DNA from: Octopus sinensis
Taxonomy: Eukaryota
Direction: 5' to 3'
Length of the DNA stretch: 64,000 nucleotides
NCBI RefSeq assembly: GCF_006345805.1
Contig: NC_043004.1
Location: 45,136,001 to 45,200,000 of the forward strand
Position numbers and translations under genes: made by a program. Position 1 is the stretch's first letter. Every line of letters starts with the position of its first letter. Shown here piece by piece: positions 27,965 to 39,551 of the stretch. The notes under the pieces were generated by a model, which made no database searches, was not told the DNA's origin, and saw only the letters and a program-made list of their open reading frames with translations.

Positions 27965-28438
27965 GCAAAATAGTGTCACAAGGAAAATATTCAAAGATTT
28001 CTTTTAAAAAAACAACTGTAGAAGTTTTAAAATGGAAAGTAATTTTGTGCTGCTTTGTAATTTCCATTTTGATTTTTCGAGTATCTTCAAACCAGTATTA
28101 TGTAACCACTCAGTCAATTTAATGTCTACATAAATTACAATGTAAGAGTGTGTTTAAATGTACGCATCTAAATACAGATTTATATCATGGCCCAGTATAA
28201 ATTTTATGGTGTAGTGGATGGTAAATTATTTAATTAATACAAATAACATCTAATAAATTAAGACACTGTGCATTGTTCTTTCTTCCTTTCTGTGTCATCT
28301 CAGGAACTGTCAGAGTGTGAGGACGTGACTTTTGTTATATTCTAATGAGACTCCAGCAATTTCCAATCAAAATTGATTGCCCACTTTGTTGTAGCATATA
28401 TCATTATCATTAGTTTGTGATATATATTTATTATACTG

Positions 28439-28470
<32 letters not shown>

Positions 28471-28674
28471 TTGATTCAGTTTTAATTTGTGGCCGGCATG
28501 CTGGCATTTCTTAAACTCATTCCATCTGGTGCACATGCTGTGTAAAAATGAGGAAATTTATATTGAAATGGTTCTAGCAAAGGATGCTGGGGTATACAGT
28601 ATATTTGTCTAGGGGTTCTTGGTTTCTTGGTATTTGGTGGTTTTATTGTTTATGTTATATCATACTCCAGTGTT

Positions 28675-28963
28675 AGTGGAGGCACATAGCCTAGTGGTTA
28701 GAGCAGCGGACTCGCGGTCGAGGGATCGCGGGTTCGAATCCCAGACCGGGCGATGTGTGTGTTTATGAGCAAAAACACCTAAGCTCCACGTGGCTCTGGC
28801 AGAAGGTAATGGCGAACTTCTGCTGACTCTTTCCTCCTGCATCTTGCAGCTCACCTGCAATGGACTGGCGTCCCATCCAGGTGGGGAACCTATACGCCAA
28901 GAAACCGGGAAGCCAGCCCTTATGAGCCAGGCATGGCTCGAGAAGGAACAAACAACAAAACAC
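28675..28963 (+). mobile_element. Young tRNA-derived SINE (third family) with 12-bp TSD
   Basis: A box tagcctagtgg, B box ggttcgaatccc, CpG-rich, (AAC)-rich tail. TSD tactccagtgtt at 28663-28674 and 28964-28975. Confidence 0.85.
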
Positions 28964-30404
28964 TACTCCAGTGTTGCATGATTGTCCTTCTTTGGGATTC
29001 AAATTGCTGTAAGAATGATACTTGTTTAATGAGGTTTCTAATTGATGAAGATTTTGTTGACTCTCTATATCTGGCCCTTTCACTCTTTTTGTTCTTGCTA
29101 AGCTTTCATTAACTGCCTCTCTTCCTTATTTGATACTCATATTTTTTATGTCCCTCTCCTATTCGCTGTACCTTGTCAAACATCACACTGTTACTACTAA
29201 CCATTTCTATGACATCCATTCATGCTAACTTGTTCTTACCAGAAAGCATCTAGCTGCCACTGGGTTTCTCTCCCATTATGATACCTGAGGAATGAGGGAC
29301 TACATTGGATCTATTAGTATGTGCTGTACATTTATCTATTTATGCTGCTTCATATCTGTCTATATTACACCACTATTCATTGTTGTCTAACAAGTCCGTC
29401 TTTCCCTTTGCTGTCTCAACTGTCTTTTTACTCATGTTCTAACTTACTAGCTAGCATCACCTGCACCACTCCCTATCCCATTAACTATCACTCTCTCTCT
29501 CTTTCAGGTCACTCATTACTGACATTCATCACACTCTTATCATTGATTTACCTTATATTTGCCACTCTATTACATGCAAGCATGTAGCTACCATTAGCAT
29601 CACACACCTATTAACCTATTCTACCATACCTTTACTGCCTCCCTTCCGTGCTCCTGTGGCACTATCTCTCCTATTTTGTACGTTCTCCTCTTTCTCACTC
29701 TCATCAATTACTATGTTTCATCCTCATATTCTTCTTTCCCATTTCGCTCTCATATTGCTCTCTCTTCTAACTACTCTATTGGCCACATTTCTTTGGACAA
29801 AATAAATGAAACAATATACGTGCATTGGGGGTCTCCCTTATGTCTTACAGGGTTCAAGGTAAGCTTAATGATTTTGGTGCCTTGATAAAATATGTCCTGT
29901 ATGCTATATAAAGTAGTCAGTGTTAGGAAAGGCATCCAGCCATAAAACCCAATTCCAATACAAAAAGGACAAGTGAGATGCAGTTCCATAATCATATTTA
30001 GGAGGGTAGTAATTGACTCAGACTGTGATAACCTATCCAGCCTCTGTTAGCATTGATGATGAAGATATCACCAAAGCTTTGTAAATGCAATTTGGTATAC
30101 AGAAACCTTTTGAGTTTGTGTGTGTGTGAACATGTATTATGTTTTTCCCCTTTACAACATAGCTATTCAATGAATAAAGATCAATAAAATAAGTATTATA
30201 CTTAAAAAATAAGTATTGAGTTCGTATGACTGACTATAACTCTTGAAAATAGTGCACCATCAAGTAGGCATGCAGGTGGGAATACAAGTAATGTATACAG
30301 GTGGCAGAAATGCATGTCTATAGGCAGGGGGAACCACATGTATGTATGTTAACATTCCTGCCTTCATGCATCCATACCTAATTTCTGTCCTGCCTACATA
30401 CATA

Positions 30405-31302
30405 CATGGTTTGATCAATAAGTATCCGGACTGTTGCCATAGTACTGAAGCTAAAGTACGCACAGTAAAGCTGCTTGGTACAGATTGACTTTGAACTCTG
30501 CTGTGTATGTGCACTAAGTTTTAACATTCTGACTCACTTCTGCTGTTCGCAGCAGTATTTGGAAGGAAGGTGTGTAGTGTGTGATCATCGCATTGACAAT
30601 GATAGAGTAAGTTGAGCAGAAACTCTGCATCAAATTTTGCCAAAAGCTTGGCGATACCTGCTCAGAGGCCTATGCAAAGCTTTTAAAAAGTTTTAATTTT
30701 TCTTGACACAAACAAAGAGATCTTGTGCGCAACTGAAACCCAAGTGTCTTCTTGGTCAGCTGAAAGCAGTTTTGGCACAAACAAGGCAGATACGTGTCTC
30801 ATACCCAAATCTTCAGTGATAATGGACTGAACTGAACTGTAACTAATCTGCACATCCTCTGATAACTCACAGATGGTGATTTGATGATTTCTCCTCACAG
30901 CTGCATGCACATCTGCAATGTTTTCCTCAGCTATGCTGGTTGCTGGTCTCCCAGAATGTTTGTCAATATCGATACTTTTTTGGCCATCTTGGACACATCT
31001 GAAACACTCAAACACTTGTGTGCAGCTCATACACTCCCCTCCATACACTTTCTGCAACTTTGCATAGGCCACGGAGCAGGTATTGCCATGACAACTTTCT
31101 CTGTCATGGTCACTGTGATGATCACATGCTACACACCTTCCTTCCAAGCACTGCTGTAAACAGTGGAAGTGAGCTAGAACGTTAAAACTTAACGTGCATG
31201 CACAGCAGAGTTCAAGGTCGATTTCTGCCAAGTGGCTTCACCCTGCAGGCTTTAAGCTTTGTTGCTATGGCAACAGTCCGGATACTTATTGATCAGACCT
31301 CA
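30405..31302. mobile_element. Non-autonomous mariner (Tc1/mariner) derivative with TA TSD, built from two inverted 5' ends
   Basis: A perfect 30-bp inverted core gatcaataagtatccggactgttgccatag lies at both ends, with TA at 30403-30404 and 31303-31304. The minus-strand relic reads SGRPATSIAEENIADVHAAVRRNHQITICELSEDVQISYSSVQSIITEDLGMRHVSALFVPKLL (mariner HTH region). Confidence 0.9.
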
Positions 31303-32459
31303 TATATGTTTTTTCTTTGCACGACTACATACATGTGTTCCTGAATGCTTGCATACATTCATATATTCTTACTTGCAAGTCTACATACATGCATTCCTGT
31401 CTGTATGCATATTCACGTGCATTTCTTCTCAACTGCATACATACATGCATTCGGGGAGATTTATGTAATTATGATTGGAATATCTGCAAGATCATCTGAA
31501 CATATTATTATCCATGCCTCACACTTCATTATAGAACATTGCATTAAGAAGAATGGAACTTTATTGTTGTTTTATTGCTAATTTTTGTTGTCAAAGTCAT
31601 CATTGATTTTTTTTTATTTAGCTATTTTCGTTTATTTTCTCTTTTTATTTGTTTTTTTTTTTTTTCAAAGCTTTTTGGCTATTTACCTAATTATTGAATG
31701 AGAAAATAGCTGAAACCTAGGCTGCAACTTAAATCAGTATAATTATTGATAGTAAATTAATTGCTCATTAAGTTGATACAGTTTCTTCTAATGACTATTT
31801 GCATAGCTGTCTCTGGGATAATTAGCATTGCATTACCCCTCTTACTTATACTTTTCCTTGCTTTTATGAAGATAAATTTAAAAACCAAAATAACAAAATA
31901 GAGAAATAAATATAACAAGGAAAAAATCCAATTAAGTTTTCAAAGGATCTTTACAATTAGATAACTTGTTAAACATATAATAAAAAAATGATCTCGAGGC
32001 TGTTTGACACACACACGCACACGCACACACACACACACACACACACATACATGGTCTCACATGCACACACATGCCTGCTTACACACACCCACCCATTCAC
32101 ACCCCCACACACACCCATTCACACCCACACACTGAGCACACACTGGACACATGAATATGAGACTTTCTCAACAATTGACCTTGCATTTACAAAGAGCCAT
32201 TGCAACCTAACTCATTATAATGTAGTACACAAAATAAAATTGTATAGAAAAATACTCATTGACTGCTCCACAGTTTTCTGTAGAAATATACAAAAAGAAA
32301 AAAAGAAGAAAGAGAAAAACTGGAGGCTTTGTTAATCGCTGAATACAAACCTAGATTAGAAGCACAGATACAACTCCTGTAAAATGTGTCATAATGTCTT
32401 GAAATATACCTTGATTTATTGTTATTTAATATTACATTTGGAATTAAGATTATAAGCAA

Positions 32460-32846
32460 CTAGCAGTATCGCCCGGCGTTGCTCAGGTTTGTAAGGGAAA
32501 TAACTATAAAGCATTTTTAGAGAGTTATAGCCAAAAAATAGCAAAAGAATGGAAAAAAATTATGGTAAATTTTTTTTTGAGAGTTAAAAAAGGATGGAGT
32601 TGCGTCCCCTAGACAGTTTGTGGTTCGTGTTTCTGATTCTCGACCCCATGTCGAATTTATCGATTTTTTTTCAGAACTGGGGAAACTTTTCAAAATTTTG
32701 GCTGCGTTAGTTTTGAATTATGACATTGGGCTATGTGTGTGTCAAGTTTCATCAGAATCGCTTGAAAGCCGTGGTCAGGGTGAGGGTACAAGCAAACAGA
32801 CACACAGAAACACGCACAGACAAACTGCCATTTATATATAGAGAGA
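32460..32846 (-). mobile_element. Non-autonomous Helitron
   Basis: On the minus strand it begins A|TC at 32846 and ends CTAG|T at 32460. The hairpin cctgagcaacgccggg (32472-32487) lies 8 nt before CTAG, and there is no TSD. Confidence 0.8.
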
Positions 32847-33552
32847 TTTTAAAATTATTTCTATAACCCTTCGTGCTCTATTGCAGAAAGTATGAACAAC
32901 ATGCTTTAAAACAGTTTAATAATTTAGCATTAAGATCAATCTGTCAAATGTAATGCTTATTTATTGACATTGTTTTGAATTAGTCATGCATTATCTGATA
33001 AAACAGGTAAAATATTTGGGCAAGATATGGTCAATTTAAATGCTGAAGGTTTAATTTCGGATTGTAATTTTCTTGAAATGTCAGCCTAACAAATTTAGGA
33101 ACATTGCTGTTCCGACCCAAACATAAAAGACAAATAAGGGAATATGGAAAATCCCCACTTATAAGTGGACATAATCATGTTTTTTTATACAACGTGTTTG
33201 AAAGATATGCTACCCTCTATTTAGACAAATATGCTTACACCTAGAAATTTAAATTCACATTTATACCAATGAAAGTTGGTGCACTTAGTTTTGAGATTAA
33301 ATGTGTTAGTGAGAATCTGGAAAAGCTGGTGTTTTCACAAAAAGAAACCAACTAGCTAATGTACACATTACAAATACAATCTGTAGGGGGAACAGTAAAA
33401 ATATGCAAGATTTTTACTTTTCTCAAGTCCAGAATGTCTTTTTTTTTATCTGCATTTCAGATAGAGAGTCTGGCATCTTAGAAACCAGCTCCTTTCTTAG
33501 TGGAAGACTTCTAGTAGTTAAACATAGACAACATACAATCATAGACATGCTC

Positions 33553-33554
<2 letters not shown>

Positions 33555-33630
<76 letters not shown>

Positions 33631-33652
33631 CGTCCGTCCGTCCGTCCGTCCG
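33555..33652. repeat. (TCTG)n grading into (TCCG)n microsatellite
   Basis: Direct inspection. Confidence 0.95.
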
Positions 33653-34419
33653 TCTCTTTCTCAAACATATATGCACGCACCTTTCATTTGTTAGTCCTTA
33701 GGGAAGATGCAGTATCCTTGACTGTTTTAATTCATCTCCAAATAGGGTTAACAGGATTTCTGGAGAAGCTAATATAGTTGTTGTCTTACTAGAATTTGCA
33801 TCAAAACATGTTTTAGCATGATGGATCATGTACAAGCCATTTAACTCTTATTTGATGTCACCTAAAAGAAAAGTTTGTATCATTATCCATTGCTCCTTTA
33901 CTGCTTTATTTTACTGTGTTTAACGGAGCCTTAGATTTGTTACCAAACCTAAGAAATAGCCACTATGTGGTCTCTCAGTATGCTAAAAATGAAATAACAG
34001 TGAAGTGCAGTTTTGCTGCCCTTCAAATCTGGCTAAATCTCTCTCATATCATTTTGCTGCCTTAAAAAAACATGGAGACATATATTTAAGTTAATGTAGA
34101 CCGAGATCAATTCCACTTTAAGCAAAACTTGTGTGAACATGGCTTGAATAACTTGATTAGAAGATACCTGCTGCTAAGCAACACTAACGACAACAACAGC
34201 AACCAACCAGAATTAAGGTATTTAACCTCTGAACGAGCTGGTTTATTTGCTATAACAAAGTTTTTATCAGAGTTTTGGATAGACCTCCTTGCAGTATTTG
34301 TTGTGATTCTTAGTTCGCTGAGTTCAAATTGTGCCTTGGTCAACTTTTCCTATTGCGCATGCATGCTGTTTGTTTTTGATTTTGTCGGCTACACAGTATA
34401 GTAGACTCAGTTGAGCACC

Positions 34420-35186
34420 ATCTGTGAAAAAAACAGCACTATGACACAATTCACACTGCCAGAAACTTGGAAACGACATGCTGTATTGCTTAGCATTCAC
34501 AACAAAAGCTCCAATATGAACATTTCAGAGTGTTTGGGTGTCAAACTGAATACAGTACATGTACTGAGAGTGATAAAAAATCAAATATCCAGTCAATATC
34601 ATGATGTTTGGTGGGATCACTTGTGATGGCAACATTATGCCTCCATTCATCTTCTCACATTGCCTCAGACTCAACTTGAAGCCTACATCAAGTGCCTGGA
34701 GGAGGTAGTGCTGCCCTGGGTCAAGAAGGTTGCTGCTGGAAAACCCTTTGTCCAGCAACAGGACTCTGCACCATGCCACACAAACAGGAAAACCCAGTCA
34801 TGGCTGTCAGACAATTTCTGTGACCACATCACCCTTAACATCTAGCCACCTAACTCCCCAGACTGCAACCCCCTTGATTATTATGTATAGGGTGCTGTTG
34901 AGTGAGAGACCAACAAAACTCTTTGTAACACCTAAGATGAACTGAAGGCAATAATTATGGCAGCATTGACCAACTTAAACAAGGAGACCATCCAGAAAAG
35001 TTGCAGAGGATTCCAAAGTTGTATGGAGGCTGTTGTAGAAACCAATGGCGATTTTATTGTATAAATTAATTTATTATTTCAAGATATTTCTATGTAATTT
35101 TGGTAAATATTTCTGTTAAAATGAGATGGCAGTGTTTTTTTTTTATTTCAGTTTAATTTAGACAACAGTTTGTTCACCACACCCTG
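34420..35186 (+). mobile_element. Internally deleted DD37D (maT/mori-type) Tc1/mariner-superfamily transposon
   Basis: The N-terminal relic MTQFTLPETWKRHAVLL... is fused to EAYIKCLEEVVLPW...QQDSAPCHT...I*PPNSPDCNPLDYY, with 37 residues between the last two catalytic D. The right end is caccacaccctg|ta. The left TIR was not found. Confidence 0.85.
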
Positions 35187-35259
35187 TATATGTATATACA
35201 CACACTTGCTCATGTATCCACCATGTGCATGCATGTGTGTGTGTGTTTGTACATTTAAT

Positions 35260-35291
<32 letters not shown>

Positions 35292-35379
35292 CCAGGTAGA
35301 TGGCCCTGTTTGATCTTAGAAAAGGCATATGTAGAGACTCCATAAGATGTACCCAGTGCAAGCTATGAACACATAAAAG

Positions 35380-36491
35380 GTGCAACAATATCAGAGGAAG
35401 GTTAACAGGGAAAATAGCTTTTGTGTGTGGATGACACAAAAGTACAATAAACCCTGAAAATGTACTGAAAATAGACTCCATCAACTGCCAATGGGGCAAA
35501 CTAGCGGTAGTAGATAACTTCTGTTATATAGGTGACCAAGTTAGTAGTGGAGGTGGATATTCCAAGAGCATAACTGTGAGAATAAGAATAGGCTGGGCAA
35601 AGTTAAGAGAGCTCCTAACTCTGCTTGCAACAAAGGGCCTTTCTCTCAGAGTGAAGGGCAGATTGCATGATGTCTGTGTGCGAACAGGTATGCTACACTA
35701 CAGTGAAACATGGGCTGTGACTGCAGAGGATATGCTTAGGCTTGAAAGAAATGAAACCAGTATACTTTGCTGGATGTGCAATCTCAGTGCATGTTCGACA
35801 GTATAAGCATCTTGAGAGAAAATTTGGGCATAAGAGGCATCAGATGTAGTATGCAAGAGAGACTACTGCGCTGGCATGGTAATGTAATGCATATGGACAG
35901 GGACAGATGTGTAAAGAAGTGCCGATATCTTACTGTGGAGGGAAGCTGTGGTTGAGGTAGACCCAAGAAGACATGGGATGAGGTGATGAAGCATGATCTT
36001 CGAACTTTGAGCCTCACAGAGGCAATGATTAGTGACAGATCTTTGGCGATAAGCTGCACTTGAGAAAACCCATCAAGCAAAGTGAAATCATAGCTGTGGC
36101 TGGTGCTGGTGTCAAGCAACTGGCACCTGTGCCTGTGACATGTAAAAAGCATCTTTTGGGCATTGGGCCTCATGGAGGCAACTGGCTGATGCTGATGACA
36201 CATGGAAAACTCCTCATGGAGGCAATGACAAATGACCAAGACTTTTAGCATTATGTTGTGCTTGAGTAAAATTGTAGTTGTGGCAGAAACTGGTGTCACA
36301 CAAATGGCACCTGTGCCAGCGACACGTAAAAGCACCCATTACACTCTTGGAGTGGTTGGCATTAGGAAGGGCGTCCAGCTATAGAAACCATGCCAAATCA
36401 GACTTGAGTCGGCTGCCTTCCAGCTTGCCAGCACTGGTCAAACTGTCGAACCCATGCCAGCATGGATAACAGATGTTAAATCATGATGATG
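35380..36491 (+). mobile_element. 5'-truncated RTE-clade LINE (post-RT C-terminus, 3' UTR and (GAT)n tail), decayed
   Basis: Reads VVDNFCYIGDQVSSGGGYSKSITVRIRIGWAKLRELLTLLATKGLSLRVKGRLHDVCVRTGMLHYSETW... with frameshifts. The 3' UTR ends cccatgccagcatggataacagatgttaaatcatgatgat. Confidence 0.85.
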
Positions 36492-36527
36492 GTGAGATAT
36501 ATATATATACATACAAATACATATACA

Positions 36528-36563
<36 letters not shown>

Positions 36564-37374
36564 TACATATGTATATACATGTATATATATATATGCATAT
36601 ACATATGTATATATATATGCATATAAATACACACACACATATATATACATACACACACATATATACATATACACACACACACACATATATATATACTTAT
36701 ATATATATATATATATATATATACATACATACATATATATATATATGCTCACAGATATATATATGTTTTCTACATGTATCACATCCTTGCATTGTTTTTT
36801 TGCGTTGTTCTTCTTTTTTGGGATTTACTATATATTATAAAACACACATATATAAGAGTGTGTTCAAATGATTATTAAATAGATTTAGATGCGTACACAT
36901 TACTAAAAGAGGAATATTCAAACACAGTTGTATGAATGTGTATACATACAACCATGCATGCAAAATACAGATAAATGCATATGTATGTATAATGCATATA
37001 CATACACACAAACATGCACACACACACACACATATGCTCAGACTCTCATATCTTATTGGACCATTGTCCTATGATAGCCAAACTACTTGTGAGTAACCAG
37101 TGCTCTCCATTTCTATATATAGAGAAAAATTTTTTTCTTTTCCTTTCTCTCTCTCTTTTTTTTTTCTTTTTCATATATATATTTCTATTATTTATTTCTG
37201 GTAGTATAGACTACTGAATGGACAAATTGATTCCGATAGGTTCATTGTACAGCTAATTAGTTCCTTCAATATAATTTACTGACAGCTGCTATCAAAAACT
37301 GGAATCAATATCACTGACTCCAACCCTCTTCTTTGTACGTTCCTCACCTTATTTTTTATTCTTTCTTAGTGAGA

Positions 37375-37555
37375 TATCTATCTATCTATCTGTCTGTCTA
37401 TCTATCTATCTATCTGTCTATCTATCTATGTATCTATCTATCATCTATCTATCTATCTATCTATCTGTCTATTTGTCTATCTATTTGTCTATCTATCTGT
37501 CTATTTGTCTATCTATCTGTCTATCTATCTGTCTATTTGTCTATCTATCTATCTA

Positions 37556-37586
<31 letters not shown>

Positions 37587-37611
37587 GTCTGTCTATCTAT
37601 CTATCTATCTA

Positions 37612-37642
<31 letters not shown>

Positions 37643-37679
37643 GTCTGTCTGTCTGTCTATCTATCTAACTATCTATTTA

Positions 37680-37710
<31 letters not shown>

Positions 37711-37725
37711 GTATGTATATATACA
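37375..37725. repeat. Compound (TCTA)n/(TCTG)n microsatellite
   Basis: Direct inspection. Confidence 0.95.
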
Positions 37726-38482
37726 GAGAGAGTAAGATAGATAGTTAGCTATCTGGGTAAATAGTTAAATGGATGGATGGAGAAATGTATAGATGGTTAG
37801 ATGGATTGATAGAGAGATAAATAGATAGATTAATAAATTGACTGAGTGAAAGAAAGGGAGAGCTAGAGGGAGCAAGACAAGAAGCAAGATCACAAAGCAA
37901 GTCAAATACATCAGGCTGTGCTCACCAACATGGTTTGTGATGCTATGCTGTTCTCTACAGTCTTTTGTGATGGTTTGCTGTATCTATTTCTTTCTCTAAC
38001 CCCCCCCCCCCCATTTCCTTTCTTTCTCTCTCTCTCCATATATATATTATTAATTAAAATCTTAGGGTAGCAAGAATATTCATTGGAAAATTCTTAGTTA
38101 CCAGTGGTCTAGCGATAAAGAAAAAATTAGTCAGATATCCTATTCTTCGGGTATCTCTTTTGTGTTTGAACATACACTGTATTCTTCTGTATATATATAA
38201 AGTTAAAGATATATATATATATATATATATATAACTTTGTCACATTCGTTCTTTCTTTCCTTCTTCCTTTATTTCCATTTCCTCTTTCTTTTTTTCCACT
38301 ACTACTGTCACTGCAGCAGATGCAATTCATTTGATTGAAATGAGTTGAGATAAGAAAGGTAAAGGCTTTAGTTTCGGTGGTGAATCACTACCAAGATTAA
38401 GATTATAAAAGTGGAGATTATGAATGATAATGGTAGAAATCATGTAACAAGTGTATGGCAAAGAGAAATTAACCTATAGCCA

Positions 38483-38866
38483 CAGGTGTGGCTGTGTGGT
38501 AGCAAGTGTGATTTTCAACTGCTTGGTTCTGGCTTCAGTCCTACTGCTTTGTACCTTGAGCAAGTGTTACAGCCTTAGGCTGACTGAAGCCGTGTGAGTG
38601 AAGTTGGTTGACAGAGACTGAGGGAAGTCTGCTGTGTGTGTTTGTGTGTGTGTCTTTGTCTCTCAACACTGCTTGACAACCAGTGTTGGCATGTTTACAT
38701 CTGTATAACTTAGCAGTTTGGCAAAAAAAAAATGATAGAATAAGTACTAGGCTTAAAAGGAAAAAGATAAGCCCTGGGGTCGATTCATTTGACAAAAATT
38801 CTTTGAAGGAGTGCTCCAACATGACCGCAGTCTAATGACTGAAACACATAAAAGATAAAAGATATA
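38483..38866 (+). mobile_element. Composite SINE, older copy
   Basis: Diverged but colinear; 3' hairpin cagtc-taat-gactg and (GATAAAA)n tail. Confidence 0.75.
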
Positions 38867-38882
38867 AAGCAATAGATAAGAG

Positions 38883-39240
38883 ATAGGAAGGTAAGGTTGT
38901 GTAATTAACTCACATATATGTCTAGGAAAGTGAAAGATGTGTAATTAATTCACACCCTGCCTAGGAAGGTGGAAGTTGTAAAATTAATTCCCTCATAGCT
39001 AGAAAAGTGGAAGATGTGTGATTAACTCGCACATGGCTAGGAAAGAGGAATATGTGTATTAACTAATTAACTTTCCCTTGTCTAGGGAGATGGAAGTTAG
39101 GAACTTGGTTAGGAAAGTGGGAGATTTGAAATTTACTGACACTTGGCTAGGCAGATGTGGTAAGCATGAAATTAATTCGTCTTCAGTTGGGAAAACAGAA
39201 GATGTGCATTTAACTCGTGGCTAGGAATGTGGGAAAATAT
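38883..39240 (+). repeat. Degenerate ~38-bp minisatellite, about 10 units
   Basis: Consensus approximately ggcTAGGAAAGTGGAAGATGTGTAATTAACTCACACAT; it starts immediately after a SINE tail. Confidence 0.8.
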
Positions 39241-39328
39241 CAGTCTTCTTGAATTACTTTGTTATTGGCAAAGCCTGAAGACATGACAGTGGCTGCATGA
39301 CTGGTGTGTTATGTCTTCAACACATTAA

Positions 39329-39551
39329 CCCTTTTGATACGACTCTGGCTGAAACTGCCTGTGGCACTGTAGTACAAATGTCTTGTTTTCAAAAGTTCTA
39401 AATTAAAATCTTCCACCAAACCTTAGCTACAATTTATGTTCCTAACACTAGCTTAATGATAACCAAATTATTTTATTAAATTCTTTGGTATATTTAAAAA
39501 TTAATTGAAAGAAACACAGAGCATCTCAACAGAAATATGGTAACAAAAAGG
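39329..39551. mobile_element. piggyBac-type MITE (family A)
   Basis: TTAA|CCCTTTTGATAC...GTAACAAAAAGG|TTAA. Confidence 0.85.

Noticed and set aside
28678-28750. tRNA gene
   Set aside because: A and B boxes are present, but no acceptor-stem closure or T-run terminator is evident. It continues into a SINE body with a tail and TSD.
37333-37748. Overlapping ORFs with (YLSI)n / (CLSV)n repeats
   Set aside because: Read-through of a (TCTA/TCTG)n tract.
38883-39240. CRISPR-like repeat array
   Set aside because: Eukaryotic context, contiguous degenerate units with no unique spacers, and no cas genes.
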